Shown here: positions 1-14,256 of the stretch, piece after piece
Numbering within the stretch: the stretch's first letter is position 1
How the letters are laid out: each line of letters starts with the position of its first letter
DNA from: Octopus vulgaris
Lineage: Eukaryota
DNA length: 64,000 bases
Assembly: GCA_951406725.2 (NCBI GenBank)
Contig: OX597825.1
Span: forward strand, 2,976,001 to 3,040,000
Direction: 5' to 3'
Made by a program: the position numbers and the translations under genes
The notes under the pieces: generated by a model
Told to the model about the DNA's origin: nothing
Seen by the model: only the letters and a program-made list of their open reading frames with translations
Databases searched by the model: none

Positions 1-1603
1 TTCTCTGTCACTCTGTCTGGCTGTTTCTCTCTGTCTTTCTTCACACACACACACACACATGTGTACGCATTTGTATATATGTGTGTGTATGGTGCGATAT
101 AATTACATAACAAAAATTACTTTTGAAAAAGACGGCCACCTTCCTAATAAGGCTTTGGAATGTTTTACTTATTATGGATGTCTAACTACTAAAGAACTAA
201 CTAAAGAAAAAAATAACATTGATGTTAGCAGCAATATCTCAACGAAAACTTGTTGCCAGTCAATGTCATAGAGTTATACGTCACCTTAAATTCTGATATA
301 ATTATCTCTTCATCTTTCTTTCATCTCGTTAAAATGTATTTTCTCTTCTTTCTTATAATTACCATAATCTATTTTCCGCTTTCATTTCTCTTCTTATAAT
401 ACTGTAATTATTGAGAGGGCTTGCTATGTGATGATTTCGTTTTTTTTTTCTATATTCATTTGTTTCGGTCCTTTAAATAATTTGGCAAGTATTAAATATT
501 TTTTCTATGATAAACACACGACCTTTTATTTTGAGAAAGAGAAGTACTCGATTACACCGACCTTCGAACTGAACTGCCAGTAATTTTATCAACCACAAAA
601 GGCTGAGTGGATCTCGTCGGAATTTGATAAGAATTTATATAACATATAATAATTAATATTTGTCCTATGTGGACATTAAAAGTATCGGATGTAGTTGTAT
701 AATTGAGAAAAAAGAAAACAGCCCCTTGTGTCATTCCTAATGTTGTTTCTAATTTGCGGGGAGGGGTAAAATCGATAATGTCAGCCGTATGGTTTAATTT
801 GTACATTATATTATCAGGAGTGGATGAAGGAAAATCCATCGTTATCTTGGTGGGATTCGAAATAAGAACAGAAGAATGAAGAAACAGTTTTTTGTCAAAA
901 ATGCTCTTATACATTGCCATCTTTCATCATAGTCACTAACCATGATTTATCATTTATTAACGAAGCTAACATTCATGAGAAGCGAGATCTAATCGAAGGC
1001 ATCAACCCGGCTTTTTGAATGGTGACTTATTTTATCGACCCGGGTTAATTGTAAGGCATAATTCATTTCGACTGAAAACATTTTTCCTACGCTTACTTGA
1101 TTCTGCAAGGTCCACAGCCCTTCATCACTAATAACAGAACCGACATTAAGAAAATCAAGAAAAGATATAAAAACATAAAATAAAATGAAAACATAACGCG
1201 CGCATTCATAACTAAAAACATAATAAAAAGCAGCATCTCGATCCTTGAAATGCTACCCTAGGCAAAATGGGTAAACTAAAACTAGAGGTAATATTTCCTA
1301 AATAGAGAAGCGGACTTCCTTGCCAAATCCTTTTATAGATTTAAATCTTAGCGATAGTCATCGTTGTCATCATCATCGTCATCACATGTCATTATCATTT
1401 GCAATGTTATTTGGGAGCCCATAACTTGATTTCGTTTTGACTTTCGCTTATTAGAATCAGCTGAGTTTAAACTCCTCACGCAAACACACAGAAACACATT
1501 CATTTATGCATATACATCTACATGTTCGACAGTACAAATGTCACTGTATATCTGTAAATGCTATACGTACGCACAAAGCCACAAGCACATACACAGAAAC
1601 ATC

Positions 1604-1677
<74 letters not shown>

Positions 1678-4129
1678 ATATGTTTACACACATATATATT
1701 AAGTTATGCATTTAATTATCAATACCCTACCCCTTATGCAGCTGCTTTTACTGACATCACCGGAAAACTCACTTTATTCATCAATGCCAATATATCACCA
1801 ATTTTACTAATGCTATCGACAACTCCTATAATGTTACCAACGACAGCTATGATGTTACTCCTTTCTAACAGAATTCCAGCGTAGTTGACTTTGTGTTTGC
1901 TTATATTTCGGGGTCGATAGAATATGTACGTTTTCAGTACTTGTGTTGTTGTAATCAATTTAACTCTTCCCACGAACTTAATGACATGTTGCCAACATTT
2001 GAAGACAGTATTAGAAAAAACAAAATCTCAATTAGAAATCAATCACAAAAACAGTAAATAAAACAAATACATAAATAAGAATCTAACTGAAGCTTGTTTG
2101 CTTGCGATGATGTTGACAGGAGACAGAGCTAAAAGGGAAAGAAAATTATAACGAATAACAGAATCATAAGCAGTAACTTCATATTCTATGATTTAAATTA
2201 AAAGACATCAGAGGTTAGGCGTCCATGCCTTCAGTCGTACTAATTCTCACAGGTGTTTCCGAACAGTTTCCGAAATTGCTTCACATGAATGAGATTGGCA
2301 CCGACAGATGCGAAAAATGTAGATCTGATCGAAAGAGAATAGACTGGGAAAATATAAAGTCGTATTCCTCCATCAACAAGAAATTCTCGCAGGAACATTC
2401 GATAAAAGTATTTATAAAATATTAATTATTTGCGTGTTTATGTTTGAGCTTGTGTTTGTTCATTCGGAGCCTTATGCAACTCACTTCGTCCCGTTCACTA
2501 GACATTCTCTATCAGAAATAACATGGTCTGTTTCGGTACATAAGGCACACACATTCACACATAAAGTACACAGGCACGTATAGATTTATAAACAATAACA
2601 CATCAATAGATAACCAAAGAAGGAGGATATCTGGTTTGAGTACCACTATCATAGGTAAAATTAATAAAGAGAGAAATTTATGTAATTGCGTTTAAAATAA
2701 CATTTCTCCCTTAAATAAACAGCGTATGTTCTGTGTTGTAGCATCATCCTTCTGAGCCAAAACACCTTTCATAAGGTGTTGTGGATGTGTGATCCTGGTA
2801 GAATTTCATAGTTATCTCATAGGTGATGTGGCTCTTTTCAATAAATACGATGCCTTGTGCATCCGAAAAAAGATCAAATTCCGTGCTCTTCTTTTTTATC
2901 AGATACTTTTACTTATTCACGCTTGCATAAAGATTGCGATCGTCTGTTTCACTATGAAATACGTATTTGTATTCCACATGTAACTCCCGTAAGGAATCAT
3001 CTTCATCGACGCAACCACTACAAACACTGCCACCATCATCACTGCGAGCATCATAACAGCACCATATCGCCACAGAACCACACCACTCCTCTATCATCAT
3101 CATCATCACCACCATCACCATCATCATCATCATCACCCTATGTATTTAGATTGATTTACCCGGGGACACTTAAGTTTCTGGTGCTGGTGAAAGAAAATAA
3201 AGGAGTATTAGATATTTATGATTGTATTGAAGCATATTGCGCTTCTCAGATTCACACAATTATTGCAGCAGTCCTTCCGTTATTCTAAGCCCTGCAAAAT
3301 AACTCGGCAGTTTCAGAATTCGAGTAGGCCTTTCTTGATACCCTTCAGTGGAAGAACTATTCACCAAAACTTCGTGTAATTCAGTATAAACTGCAGTGGT
3401 GAAATAAGACAAATTGTTTTTTGCATATGTGTCTCAGTGCTGTCTTTCAGAAATCTAATTGTTGTGTAATGTGTGCTTATAACGGACGTAGAAGAATATG
3501 GACTGATATAAATAGTTTTATATTAATGGGTCTTATCAATATGTTGAAACCATGAGTATAGTGTAGGGGACGGCAATGAGCAATTGGTAGCCTTTCTGCG
3601 CGCACATTAGTATCAGAGCTGTAGATAGATAATTGTTAATACAAAGACAATCGTTCTCATACACAATATAGGCACGTATCTGTGGAGTCTATACCAGGCA
3701 AATATTACCAGAAACATACTTCTCACCAAAGCAAACATCACTATTATTATCAACGTCATTAAAACATGCAAAACGGCAACTATCCTAATTAAAGTCATAT
3801 TCGTCAAAGTCATAGGACATCCTGTTAAACGAGCAGAGCAGTTAATGAGATAAGCATTAACAACGAACAGGAGCAGTAGCCGCATCAACTGGATTATCAA
3901 TCACATGAAAACGAATCTATTGTCAAATATGCATTATTCTACACACGATAATTTAATTGTCATAAATAAAACCGTTCTATTTTCAGACCGGACCATTAGG
4001 ATTAATGTAGTGATTGTTGGAGAGTAACAGGACAGATTCGATATTCATCGATGAAATATCTGGAAATTGTCGGTTTCCTAGATGATGAAGTGTGTGAAAG
4101 TATGGCGCAGGGCAGGCATTTAAAAAGAA

Positions 4130-4490
4130 GCCGTATTACTACCACCACATCTCATCATGATCATCATCAGCGCCACGGCAGTATCATATTTATGACTACG
4201 GATATGAACATAACCATAGTCGTCATCGTTATCATCGAAGACGAGCAATATAACCATCATCAGCAGCAGCATTTTAAGCGTCACCATCGTCATCGTCCTC
4301 GCCTCCTTCCCCTCATCATCATCATCACTATCAGCATCGATACTACGACCACTGCCACCACGAACTGTGCGAGCAACACACCAACACCATATCATCATGC
4401 AACCGTACCACCACTTCTAGCACCACTAACACCATCATCCTCATCATGATAACTGTTATTCACCAGCATCATTATCATCATCAAATTCAG
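4130..4490 (+). repeat. Degenerate (CAT/CAC/AAC)n triplet tract (one of ~20)
   Basis: His/Ile/Thr/Ser low-complexity translations in all frames. Confidence 0.85.
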
Positions 4491-4804
4491 CTCCAGTATT
4501 AGAATCGACCATATCTCTATCAAACTAGATTTCACACAATTCAGCTGAAATTTTCTGAAAGAAATGCAGTGAAATCTCAGATTCTTTCAAATTCATATTA
4601 ATTATTGAAAAGTCTATTTTGAACTTGTTAGTGACGACATAATGGAATTTTCGTCATTCTGCAATATTGTGCATTAAACTTTCAGAAATATATTTACATA
4701 GATATATCTGTATATTTGCATCGGAATAAGAATGCTGTCAGAATTATTCGAGAGTATATGAGTGTGGGCAGATATTAAAAAAAGACAAATACATCCATAC
4801 GCAC

Positions 4805-5611
4805 TCGAGAATCCTTAACACTAACGTAAGCTTCGGCAATTTCCGTTGCCTCATCAGTTAAGACTGCCCGATTTTTCGGCAGTTTCCGGACTCACTCCGC
4901 CATTAGTATTTATAATTTCGTCAGCCAAGTTAATGGATGATTTAGCGATTCCCGAATGAGTATATGTAAAATAAATATAAACAGCAGTTTGCAACGCTTC
5001 ACCATAAAGGAGAATTATAACTGTCACTAAATGGAACTAGGGTGTTAGGAAGCACCTACATTGCTAGAAATAAAAGCTGAACTTCTCTAATGCTAATGGA
5101 AATGTCTTACCTGATGAGGCAAAAGAAACTGCCGAAACTGATGTCAGTATTAAGAATTCTGGATCGGTACTTTTCGGAAAATTACGGTCCCTGTTTGTGT
5201 ATATGTTTTCATTCACGTAAGTTAACGACAGTATTTGAGCGGTTCAGCTATTATTTCTTGCAATTTACGTGTTTACTAACGCGCTAATCACTTTTAGTAA
5301 CAATTATAATTCTCCATTATGCTGTAACACTTCAAACTGGTGTCTACATCAATCTTATATATACACATTAGCAAATCGCTATATCATCCAATACTTCGGC
5401 TGACGAAACATAAATTCTAATGGCGAAGCGATCCGGAAAGAGCCGAACAATTGAGCGGTCTTTTCAATTGCATGAACTTAAAGTCGGAGGAGAAAGGGAT
5501 AATATACTAGCATCAACATGTTTGTGTTTTTTTTTTATGCGTGTGTATTGTGTAGCTCCTGTGTTCTTGCGTGTGCATGTCTGAGTGTATCTGAGTTTGG
5601 ATATTTGTGAC

Positions 5612-5658
<47 letters not shown>

Positions 5659-5846
5659 ACACACACACAGACACACATTACAAATGATGCAAGGGAATTT
5701 GCCGAAACTGACATCAATATTAAGAATCCTTGATCGGCAATTTTCGGACAATAATGGTTAACGACAGCATTAGAGCTGTTTAGCTCTTATTTCTAGCAAT
5801 ATAGGAATTCCTGAACACCCTAGTTACATTTAATGACAGTTATAAT
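4805..5846. mobile_element. Penelope pLTR / retrozyme-like element: ~350-bp unit as an inverted copy (4805-5083), a direct copy (~5105-5460) and a partial tandem copy (~5680-5846)
   Basis: The reverse complement of 4860-5083 aligns to 5241-5460, and that of 4805-4860 aligns to 5105-5165 and 5680-5735. 5111-5310 is repeated directly at 5680-5846. Each copy has a hammerhead-like motif, and (CT)n/(CA)n interrupt at 5618-5677. Confidence 0.7.
5111..5145 (+). ncRNA. Minimal type-I hammerhead ribozyme core (stem I imperfect)
   Basis: CTGATGA (5111-17), stem II GGCA/TGCC (5118-21/5130-33), GAAA (5134-37), C-tgat-G minimal stem III, TC cleavage site (5144-45). The flanks (tcttac / agtattaaga) pair only with an offset. 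Confidence 0.65.
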
Positions 5847-5872
5847 TAACCCTTTTGGTGAAACACTGCAAA

Positions 5873-5909
<37 letters not shown>

Positions 5910-6942
5910 GCACACGAATGATTAAGTCGCCAGATGTTAAAATAGAATCTTAACGTTTTCCCCATTGTGTTTCCCTGTGAAAGGAATCTATCATATCTCA
6001 AACCCCCACGACCACAGACCAACGCATCAATACACGCGTATTCACAAACGTTCAGGCAGGTACATTCATATACACACACAAGGGTTTATAACACACGTAT
6101 TCGTATGCAGTTGTAAACACATATACTCACATATATAAGTAGTCTCAATCTGGAAGTTGAAAGAGCAATTTTAAAGGGTCACGCGAGTGAAAGCTGTTGA
6201 ATTTCTATGTGATTTCCATTCTAAATCACTTGACAAAGGCGAGAATAGAATCGTTCACTTTAATTTATATAATCCAAAGTCCATTCTACGGTCTTCTTTG
6301 ACACATAGCGTTCAACATCTATGCTCATTGATTGTGAATTTTATGCTAATTAATTGTGATGAGTATATAAATAAATCTATTAAATAAATTTATATAATAC
6401 GCCATGTTTCAATATATATTAAATAAGCTATACGTATTTGTACAAACAGGTATTTCTCTATTAATTATTCTACTTCACATATTCCGCTGTATTCCACTAT
6501 TACCCCTTATATTCAAATTACTGCGAGGTATAGTGTATTCAATTTTATCCAGTTCATATTTTCACTGTATGCAAACATGCATTTTTCGATTTTAGAAGAA
6601 AGTAAAACTGAAATTTCTGATTGAAAATTGAGGTAGCCACGTTATATTGGTGTCTCCTTATGGATTATACAAGAAATATGACTTCAGAGCCTTTTGCTCT
6701 GCTATTGAATAGTACTTTTGTAGATCCAAACCGAATTTATCAAATATATTGTAAATGCTTTGTGCATTTTTATTAACCACTTGAAGATTTTTCTATGAAT
6801 TGTTTGCGATGATTTCACACTGATATTGATTTGCATGCTGATGACAGAATTCACTATATTTTTTTCGAAAAATAAAGAGTTAAGAAGATAAAAGTATTAT
6901 AATGAAATAAGTGCAGTTATCTCACAAACAGAAACCTAAACT

Positions 6943-6956
6943 GTTTCCATGGCAAC
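6943..6956. promoter_or_regulatory. RFX X-box consensus match
   Basis: GTTTCCATGGCAAC, a canonical X-box; function unverified. Confidence 0.45.
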
Positions 6957-7980
6957 TGCAATATAGCGTCGATTGCACACGGAAACGCACACACATTTTT
7001 AAAGCTGAAAACATTACGGGGACATCAATTTGAAAAACAGTTTTAAAAAGAATGGCTTAAAGAAAAAAACTAATTAAAGAAAACAATGTTGAAATAAGGA
7101 ATATTAATTTGTTCTTACATGGAATGTAATGGAAGAAAGTGAAAACCTTTCTTGTATACTGCCAAACACATGAAGACATGTTGATGTACAATTAGGATTA
7201 TATCTTTGCCATAGTCACGGGTTCTTGGCGTCGATCCGCTGAAAGTAACAGCTAAAATGAAACAAAAACATATGGAATGTCAATAAAAGAAATTCCTGAG
7301 TAAACAAATTTATTTCCTAGAGATAATATTCCTCTTACCGGTTGCACCACATAAAACTCGCATATATGGCTAACGTTCACTGGCTAAAAATTCATACTTT
7401 TACATTCAGATTCGTTATTATTAAGTTTTCGAAAATATGAATGCAAATTTCGTCATCAACAAGTGAAACCATATGGAAAATACATGTTTTCAAAAAGTTC
7501 AATTTAAAATTTCAGAAAATACGCGTGGTTGGAAGAAACTGGAAATGATGCTACGCAGGCTTTGCGTAGACTAAATATGAACACATTTTTAAAATGCATG
7601 TAACATGTTTCTACGATCATCTTTCCGGGTGGCAATATGCATGTTTTAGAAAATTTGAATACGTATACATGTACAATATATGTGAGATCAGGTACAGCAT
7701 ATATTTCGATAAAATAACAATATGTAGAGTAACGACCGAACAAATGACTACACCGTTTTGTACATATTAAGATAATCAAAGATAAATATGATTTTATTTT
7801 AACTTTCACATTTTCTTTTACGTCATCAATCCTCCAATAGCAACTTTCATCATGTGCATATTTCAGGAATAGCTCCGTCATTATCGACTGCTCAGGTCCT
7901 GTAGTCCCTACATGCATACATACATACACACACACATACATACATACATACATACATACATACATACATACATACATACA

Positions 7981-8012
<32 letters not shown>

Positions 8013-8805
8013 CAACTGCCTAGTTAACAAAAAGATATTTTGAAGCCTTTGGAGTTCCAAGATGCAACTAAAAGTGTACTTTATGTCATATTTCTCTAGA
8101 ATACATCCCGCATGTGATTAGCAACCGTCCAAAAGTGACATTAAGATACTAACTCACTGTGAGACATGACGTTGTCACAGAAGCAATATACAATACTGTT
8201 TCGGAAAAAGACTGTCCTAGAATAAAGAATAAATAATGCACCTGCTATTTAATAGGTTCCCAAAGAGCAGCACAAGGAATACTGGTGGAACATTCTCATC
8301 AAAACATCTGTCAAGCGTAAATATAACAGGGCAGATATTGTTGTTTGGGACATGCAAGAAAACATGTACGTACCGTTATAAATGCCGCCTGTCTGGCTGA
8401 TGTGAATATCTTATTGAAATCCAAAGGAAAAGAATGTATGCATGGATATAAGTGTGTGTATGCATGTATTTATGTGTGCTTGTGTATATGTGTATGTGTG
8501 TACGCTTTATGTATGTATTTTGCGTGTTCATATCTTTGTGTGTTCATGTTTGTGTGTTTTTATGTGTGTGATTGCATGTGTGTCTATGTGTGGGTTTTTG
8601 TGATTATGTATGGATATATGTCTCTATATGTGTCCTTGTGTGAAGTGAAATGCGTGTGTATATGTTCATGTGTTTCAGTCTTCCCTGGCAGACAAAATCA
8701 CATTCACACGCAAAGACACGTAAGTATATGGGGAAAGGAACAAAATGTTTAGGGAAAAATTGCCGTCGGTATCGAAAATTTTCGATGAAAGCGTTTAAGA
8801 GATTT

Positions 8806-8913
8806 AGACTGTAGTGAGAAATCGTTGTCCAAGTTTGTATGCAGTGAGACGGAAATATGAGACTGTAACGAAAGAACTTTGTACACGTTTGTATGCAGTG
8901 AAAGGGAAATGCG
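8806..8913 (+). repeat. Two diverged 54-bp tandem units
   Basis: agactgta...gtttgtatgcagtga...ggaaat at 8806 and 8860. Confidence 0.8.
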
Positions 8914-11900
8914 ATCCAACAAAGTATTTGAACTTCATAAACTTGAAGCCTAACCTGCATCAATATTACTGATTTATTTTGAGATCCCCGAACTCGGTTG
9001 AAATCCATTGTTACAGTGGTAGGATGAGATGAATCCTAACCGTATGAACTAAATAAGAATGGAATGTAGCATATTAAAATGTGTGAAAACGAAATGAACG
9101 TTGTTTCGCTTTTTCTTTATAGAAAAATAACAAAAGTGAGCGTCATTAAATTTCTTCCGTAGTTGATATTCAATACTTTTCGGCGTAAACTGAAATATAA
9201 GTACGTTCAATTCTCCGATGTTGACTTTCACACCGATTAAGAAAAAATTCTAAGCAAAATACATTATCGAAATACATTATATATTTCATATATTTCTGGA
9301 AACTTCCAACTATTAAGCTGTTGTTATACAAAATATGAAATAATTGTAGATATTACTAGTGTTGTTTTTAAAGTTATTCTCGCCATAGTTAATGATACCT
9401 AAAGTCTCTGAAAAAAAAACCTTCCTAAAAAATTGAGCACAAATTCAGTAGACGTTGTCATCATTTCTACCGCCTTCACGACTACTGCCTCACCTCACCA
9501 CCACCTTAACCGCTACTACATCACTGCTGTTGTTGCAAAGCCCCTCATCGTTTTGCAAGTCATAATTTATGGTTGTTTATTGTATTGTAAGTACCACAAT
9601 ATTTTGGCATGAGTGATTAAAGAATTTTCACACTGATTCATATTTACAATAGATTATGCCTGCTTATGTGTAATGCAGTGTATGCGTACGAGTGTATGTG
9701 TGTCTGCGTGTGTATGTGTGTGTGTGCATGTCTGTGTTTAAACATATGTGGGTATATCAAAATACATTGTCACCTGTGTTAGATATTTGCTTACTACCAC
9801 TAGAGCAACTCTCCATATAGGTACAGCAACATCAACTTCACTATGCATAACCATTAAATTGTCTCTATGCAATGAAAGATTAAGCTAGAAATAGGAGTCA
9901 AATTAAAATTAAGCCACGACCTACCTTCCTAAAAAAAGAGGCATAGACTAAATTTGGCATAGTCGTCTTACATGTATTGTGTATGATTCAAGAAGATAAT
10001 GGTGACGGCTGTATTGCTTTTTATTATTTACATATATAGTCGATTAGATCAGATTTGGGAATAATAGCACAAATACAATGACAGTACTAAAAATGTCTCC
10101 GCACACAATAGCTGGAAACAATTAACACTTATAAAATCGTAGAGGATGGACAATTTCAAAATTCTTCAATTCTGCTTTTGTGATAAAATTTTCACATTAA
10201 AATTTGATGTTTGTATCTGGATAATAACATTGAGCACGTTAAAATTTTAAAGTGTTATTGCCAGAAAGAAACTAATATAGTTGATTACGTAGGAGATAGA
10301 ATACTAGATGAGACAACAAATGCCTGGATAGGATTTTGAAGAGAGAACAACAGTAGCAATGCCACCGAGGTAGACAGAAATAGAAAGACTCTGATTGGTC
10401 GAGCAGCATGCTGAGAATATCAGCTAAATTTCATTTCTAATTGAAAGCTATCGACTTCATAACGAGATACATTGTGAATAATGAAATTTCAGATAGAAAA
10501 AAAATTAAATAAATATAAAATACAGAAATTAAAGCAAGATAAACGCAACAGGGAAGCCCTCTATTATAAACGTAGTTGATGAGAAATGACCTTGGGCAAA
10601 AAGTGATAAACAAAATCAAATGATGCTTCTCTAACGACTGAGGAAACCCCGAATGAGTCGAGAAAATTTAGAAAACGTTTTCTTGCCTGACATTGTAGTA
10701 TTTATCATAATCATGAGCAGATTGTTAAGATTACTGTCACCGTTAAGATAGGTTTGGAGAAGGATTACGAAATGTATGTGTCATGGACGAGGATGGAAAC
10801 TGTGCAGTGAGGTTCCATCGCGGGACTTAACATTACAACATCACACATAAAAATATGTAACCGTCCGTTTTTTTTTATGTAAAGCGGATCACGGGTCAAA
10901 TCTGTGGCCTCATCTTCGTGCTTCTCGAATAACCAGGTATATGTGGATCAATACATCGCCAGTAAATCTAACTAATGGTATGAAAATCAATACTAGTTTA
11001 CTTATAATCAACAAAAAATAATTAGTATTCCATAACCTGTTAGAAAATATGATAGATAACACACCTTACTACTTTGAAAAATGGGAAGCACATATCAAAT
11101 AATTAATCATAGTAATGGTCATGGTAGGAAGTATCAATTAGTGCGTACCAGAAAATAGATAGGAACAATATTAGGTTAAGTAACTGCAACAAGAGTATAA
11201 AGGAAACCAACATCAGAGTCCAACTGAAAATATCATGCAGGTTGGTCCAGTTGATATTTCTGTTACCCTTAAATGATGTATCATCTAAAATGGTTTCACG
11301 AATGATGACAACGGAGGGGTACATTGAAAATAATTGATTATGTTGAATTTGATTGATATAATCTCCCTTTTGAATGACTGTTGCTTGTATTACTGCAAAT
11401 TACAGAATCCTGGAATAAAACAAAATAGACTGACATCAGAAGCATGAGCGTACAAACAGTAATATTTAACCATGGCGCTAATTGTTTACTTAAATTGTAA
11501 TAGCAACCAAACCTCGAATCGTGTATAATGTTTCTGCTGCTGTCAAACTAATTTAATTCTAAAAAAAGTTAAAAAATCAAAACTGTCTTGGCAATAACTT
11601 CCATAGGAACGGCCGAATTAATACGCACACGAAATGTATTTTAGGAGGAGCAAATTAATTAGAATCAGGGAGAAACTTGGGAAAATATCTTTTGAAGTTC
11701 GGTGGTGTGAAATCCCAGATCGGTTCGAAAAATTGGAGACATGGAATCTGTGAAGTTGTACCTCCGTGGAAATATCTCTGCGTTAAAACAACCTTGTCTA
11801 ATCATACGCTTCCCTCAGAAAAGAGTTCATTAAAATAAAAGAAAGTTATTTTCGATTAGAATTTGTTACACTTGTGTATGATAACAGTTCTTATGCATGC

Positions 11901-14187
11901 TGGTATATGTGTAGTTCACGAGATGCGGTTTTTACTACATACTCTGGGTTTAGTCAATAGCATTATGAAACATGCATATGATACTTCGAAATTATACATT
12001 TATATGAAAGGTATCACACTACAGGCGTGCATATTGAAACTGTTGAATATATATATATATATTTATTTGAGCACTACTATTCCAGTCTGTTATATGTTTT
12101 GTGTGTTGTCACTAGCGATCTCAAGATATAACTTGGTATTTTATATATATATATCGATTCGTTTATTGGCACGCCTTTTCACATGAAAATAATTTGGGAT
12201 CTTTCCTCACATTTAAGAAAAAGTAAATGACAAAATACAATCAGGAAATCTAACAAGGGCTCTATGAGTTTTAATCATAGTAAAAGCTAACATTAGACAA
12301 TTATCGTTAGTGTCAGAAACACCAATGTGAGACTTTTTATCATAGTTTACATTATCTCCTGAATCTTCTGGAGAAATTTCACTTCTCTTATCTTTTCCTT
12401 TCTTATTTTTCATTTATAACATCATAAAATCTCACCCATGATCTTTCTTATATTACAAGTCGTACGAGACTATAGCTTTTTTTTATCATTAGCCTATTTT
12501 TCTTGTAATATTCGTTTTTCTGTTGAAGTGTGTAAATAAGGGGAAAATATAATTAAATAATAATTATTTATATGTGTTTTGGTGTGAGACTAGAAGAGAA
12601 TTTATAATTGTGAGTTACGAAATGTTATCTTGATGCATCGAAATGAATAAATTTGGGAAAGTTGATGAAATTATATTGAATGTTAGAGATAATATTTAGA
12701 AGTGAAAAACCAGGAGACGTGAGTGAGACTGTGTATAGCTTCGTACTAGCAGCTATAGAAGCAACATATGTCAGGGTAATTTCACTATTAATAAATACAT
12801 AATCACCTATATGAATAAACTACCCTTACAAATATCAAATTAATTAATCTACAATGGCAATGCAATCAATTGTATTAATACATTCACAACACTTGCTTGA
12901 TACAGTAGCCAATTTTATTCGAACCATGTATTACTGTTTCGAACCAGAAGATTTCTTTATATGAATATTCTGTTGTATACATTATTGTGCTTCATATTGT
13001 AAACGCTAGTTCTCGATCTTGTTTTGCAACCAAACTGTGTTAATGCTTAACCATGATAAACATACGATAGCGCCTCGAATGGTATTGTACTTCAGTCTCT
13101 TCAAGCAACACATTTAAATTATCGAATTGATGGAGGAAAAAGCATGAAAATAACCATCCCCGTCTTTGAAACTATACTGTCATCATCATCGCCAACAGCA
13201 TGAGCCACAACAATATGAGCAGCAGAGCAAGTAGTAATTCACAGGCAATATGATTTATAAGGCAACAGTCAAAATCGGATGTGCATCGAACACAATATTA
13301 GTGGATTCCCTGTAATATTTATGCCAAATTTTCACTCATTCTCCGAAGTCAAATTTGCAGTTAGCACTTTAGAGTTGGTAAAATAAAGAAGTAGTCAAGT
13401 GTTTTGATTAATATAATCAAATAAATGTCTTCCCTAAAATCGCTCGCATGCTCATGAAAATTATAAACGATTACACTGTATCTGAAAGGAAGTGCCCCCA
13501 GAACCCCCAAAATCATAATTCAATATTTGCTACTGTAAAGTAATTACAAAACAATTTGTGATGTCATAATTTCATTTCACTAATATTTTAACATGTGATA
13601 TTTCTTCTTGATATACATGTAACAAATGTATGCATTGATTACATTCTTTATGTTGTATTAAAGATTGAAGTAGAAATATTCATCGGAAATGAAATCGTAT
13701 GTATGAACCCCATAAACTGTGACTGCAGGTTGGTTTGCTTTGATTTCACATGAGGTTTTTACGATAAACATAGGGATGCTCGGTGTGCTTCTGCGCTTTG
13801 TCTCCAAATGTAGGAGTCTATTTCTCATCAAACGGTGAAAGATCTATGTGACATTTAACTTTTTCCATTCCGGCACCAGAGAAACCCGCGGTGTTGGTGG
13901 CAACACAACTCCGACATCAGCATTGTTCAGTAAGATATTATGAGTATGGGCCAAATATGTCTACTACCCTCAATGCTGGTTTTGCTGTACCAGTCGTCTT
14001 CTCTTTCCGAAGCCAAATGAATTGCCTTGCCTTCTAAGCGGCTTCCAACAGTCGTCTGGCAGCACCATTCGCCTCTGCACCTAGCCCAAGACTCGCGAGC
14101 ATTGTGTGTGAATGCTGTTCAAATACTCTAATATATGTTTCTACTGAATGCATATTGCCACCTATGCATCATAACAAGAAGGAATGT

Positions 14188-14256
<69 letters not shown>

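Noticed and set aside
6790-6855. C/D box snoRNA-like motifs (GCGATGA...CTGA with a terminal stem)
   Set aside because: The C-to-D span is only ~36 nt, too short, and the C box is non-canonical.
8604-9008. ORF with repeated F-P-x-H-C-I-Q-T, C2H2 zinc-finger-like
   Set aside because: The period is 54 bp, not 84 bp, with no CxxC...HxxxH or TGEKP linker.
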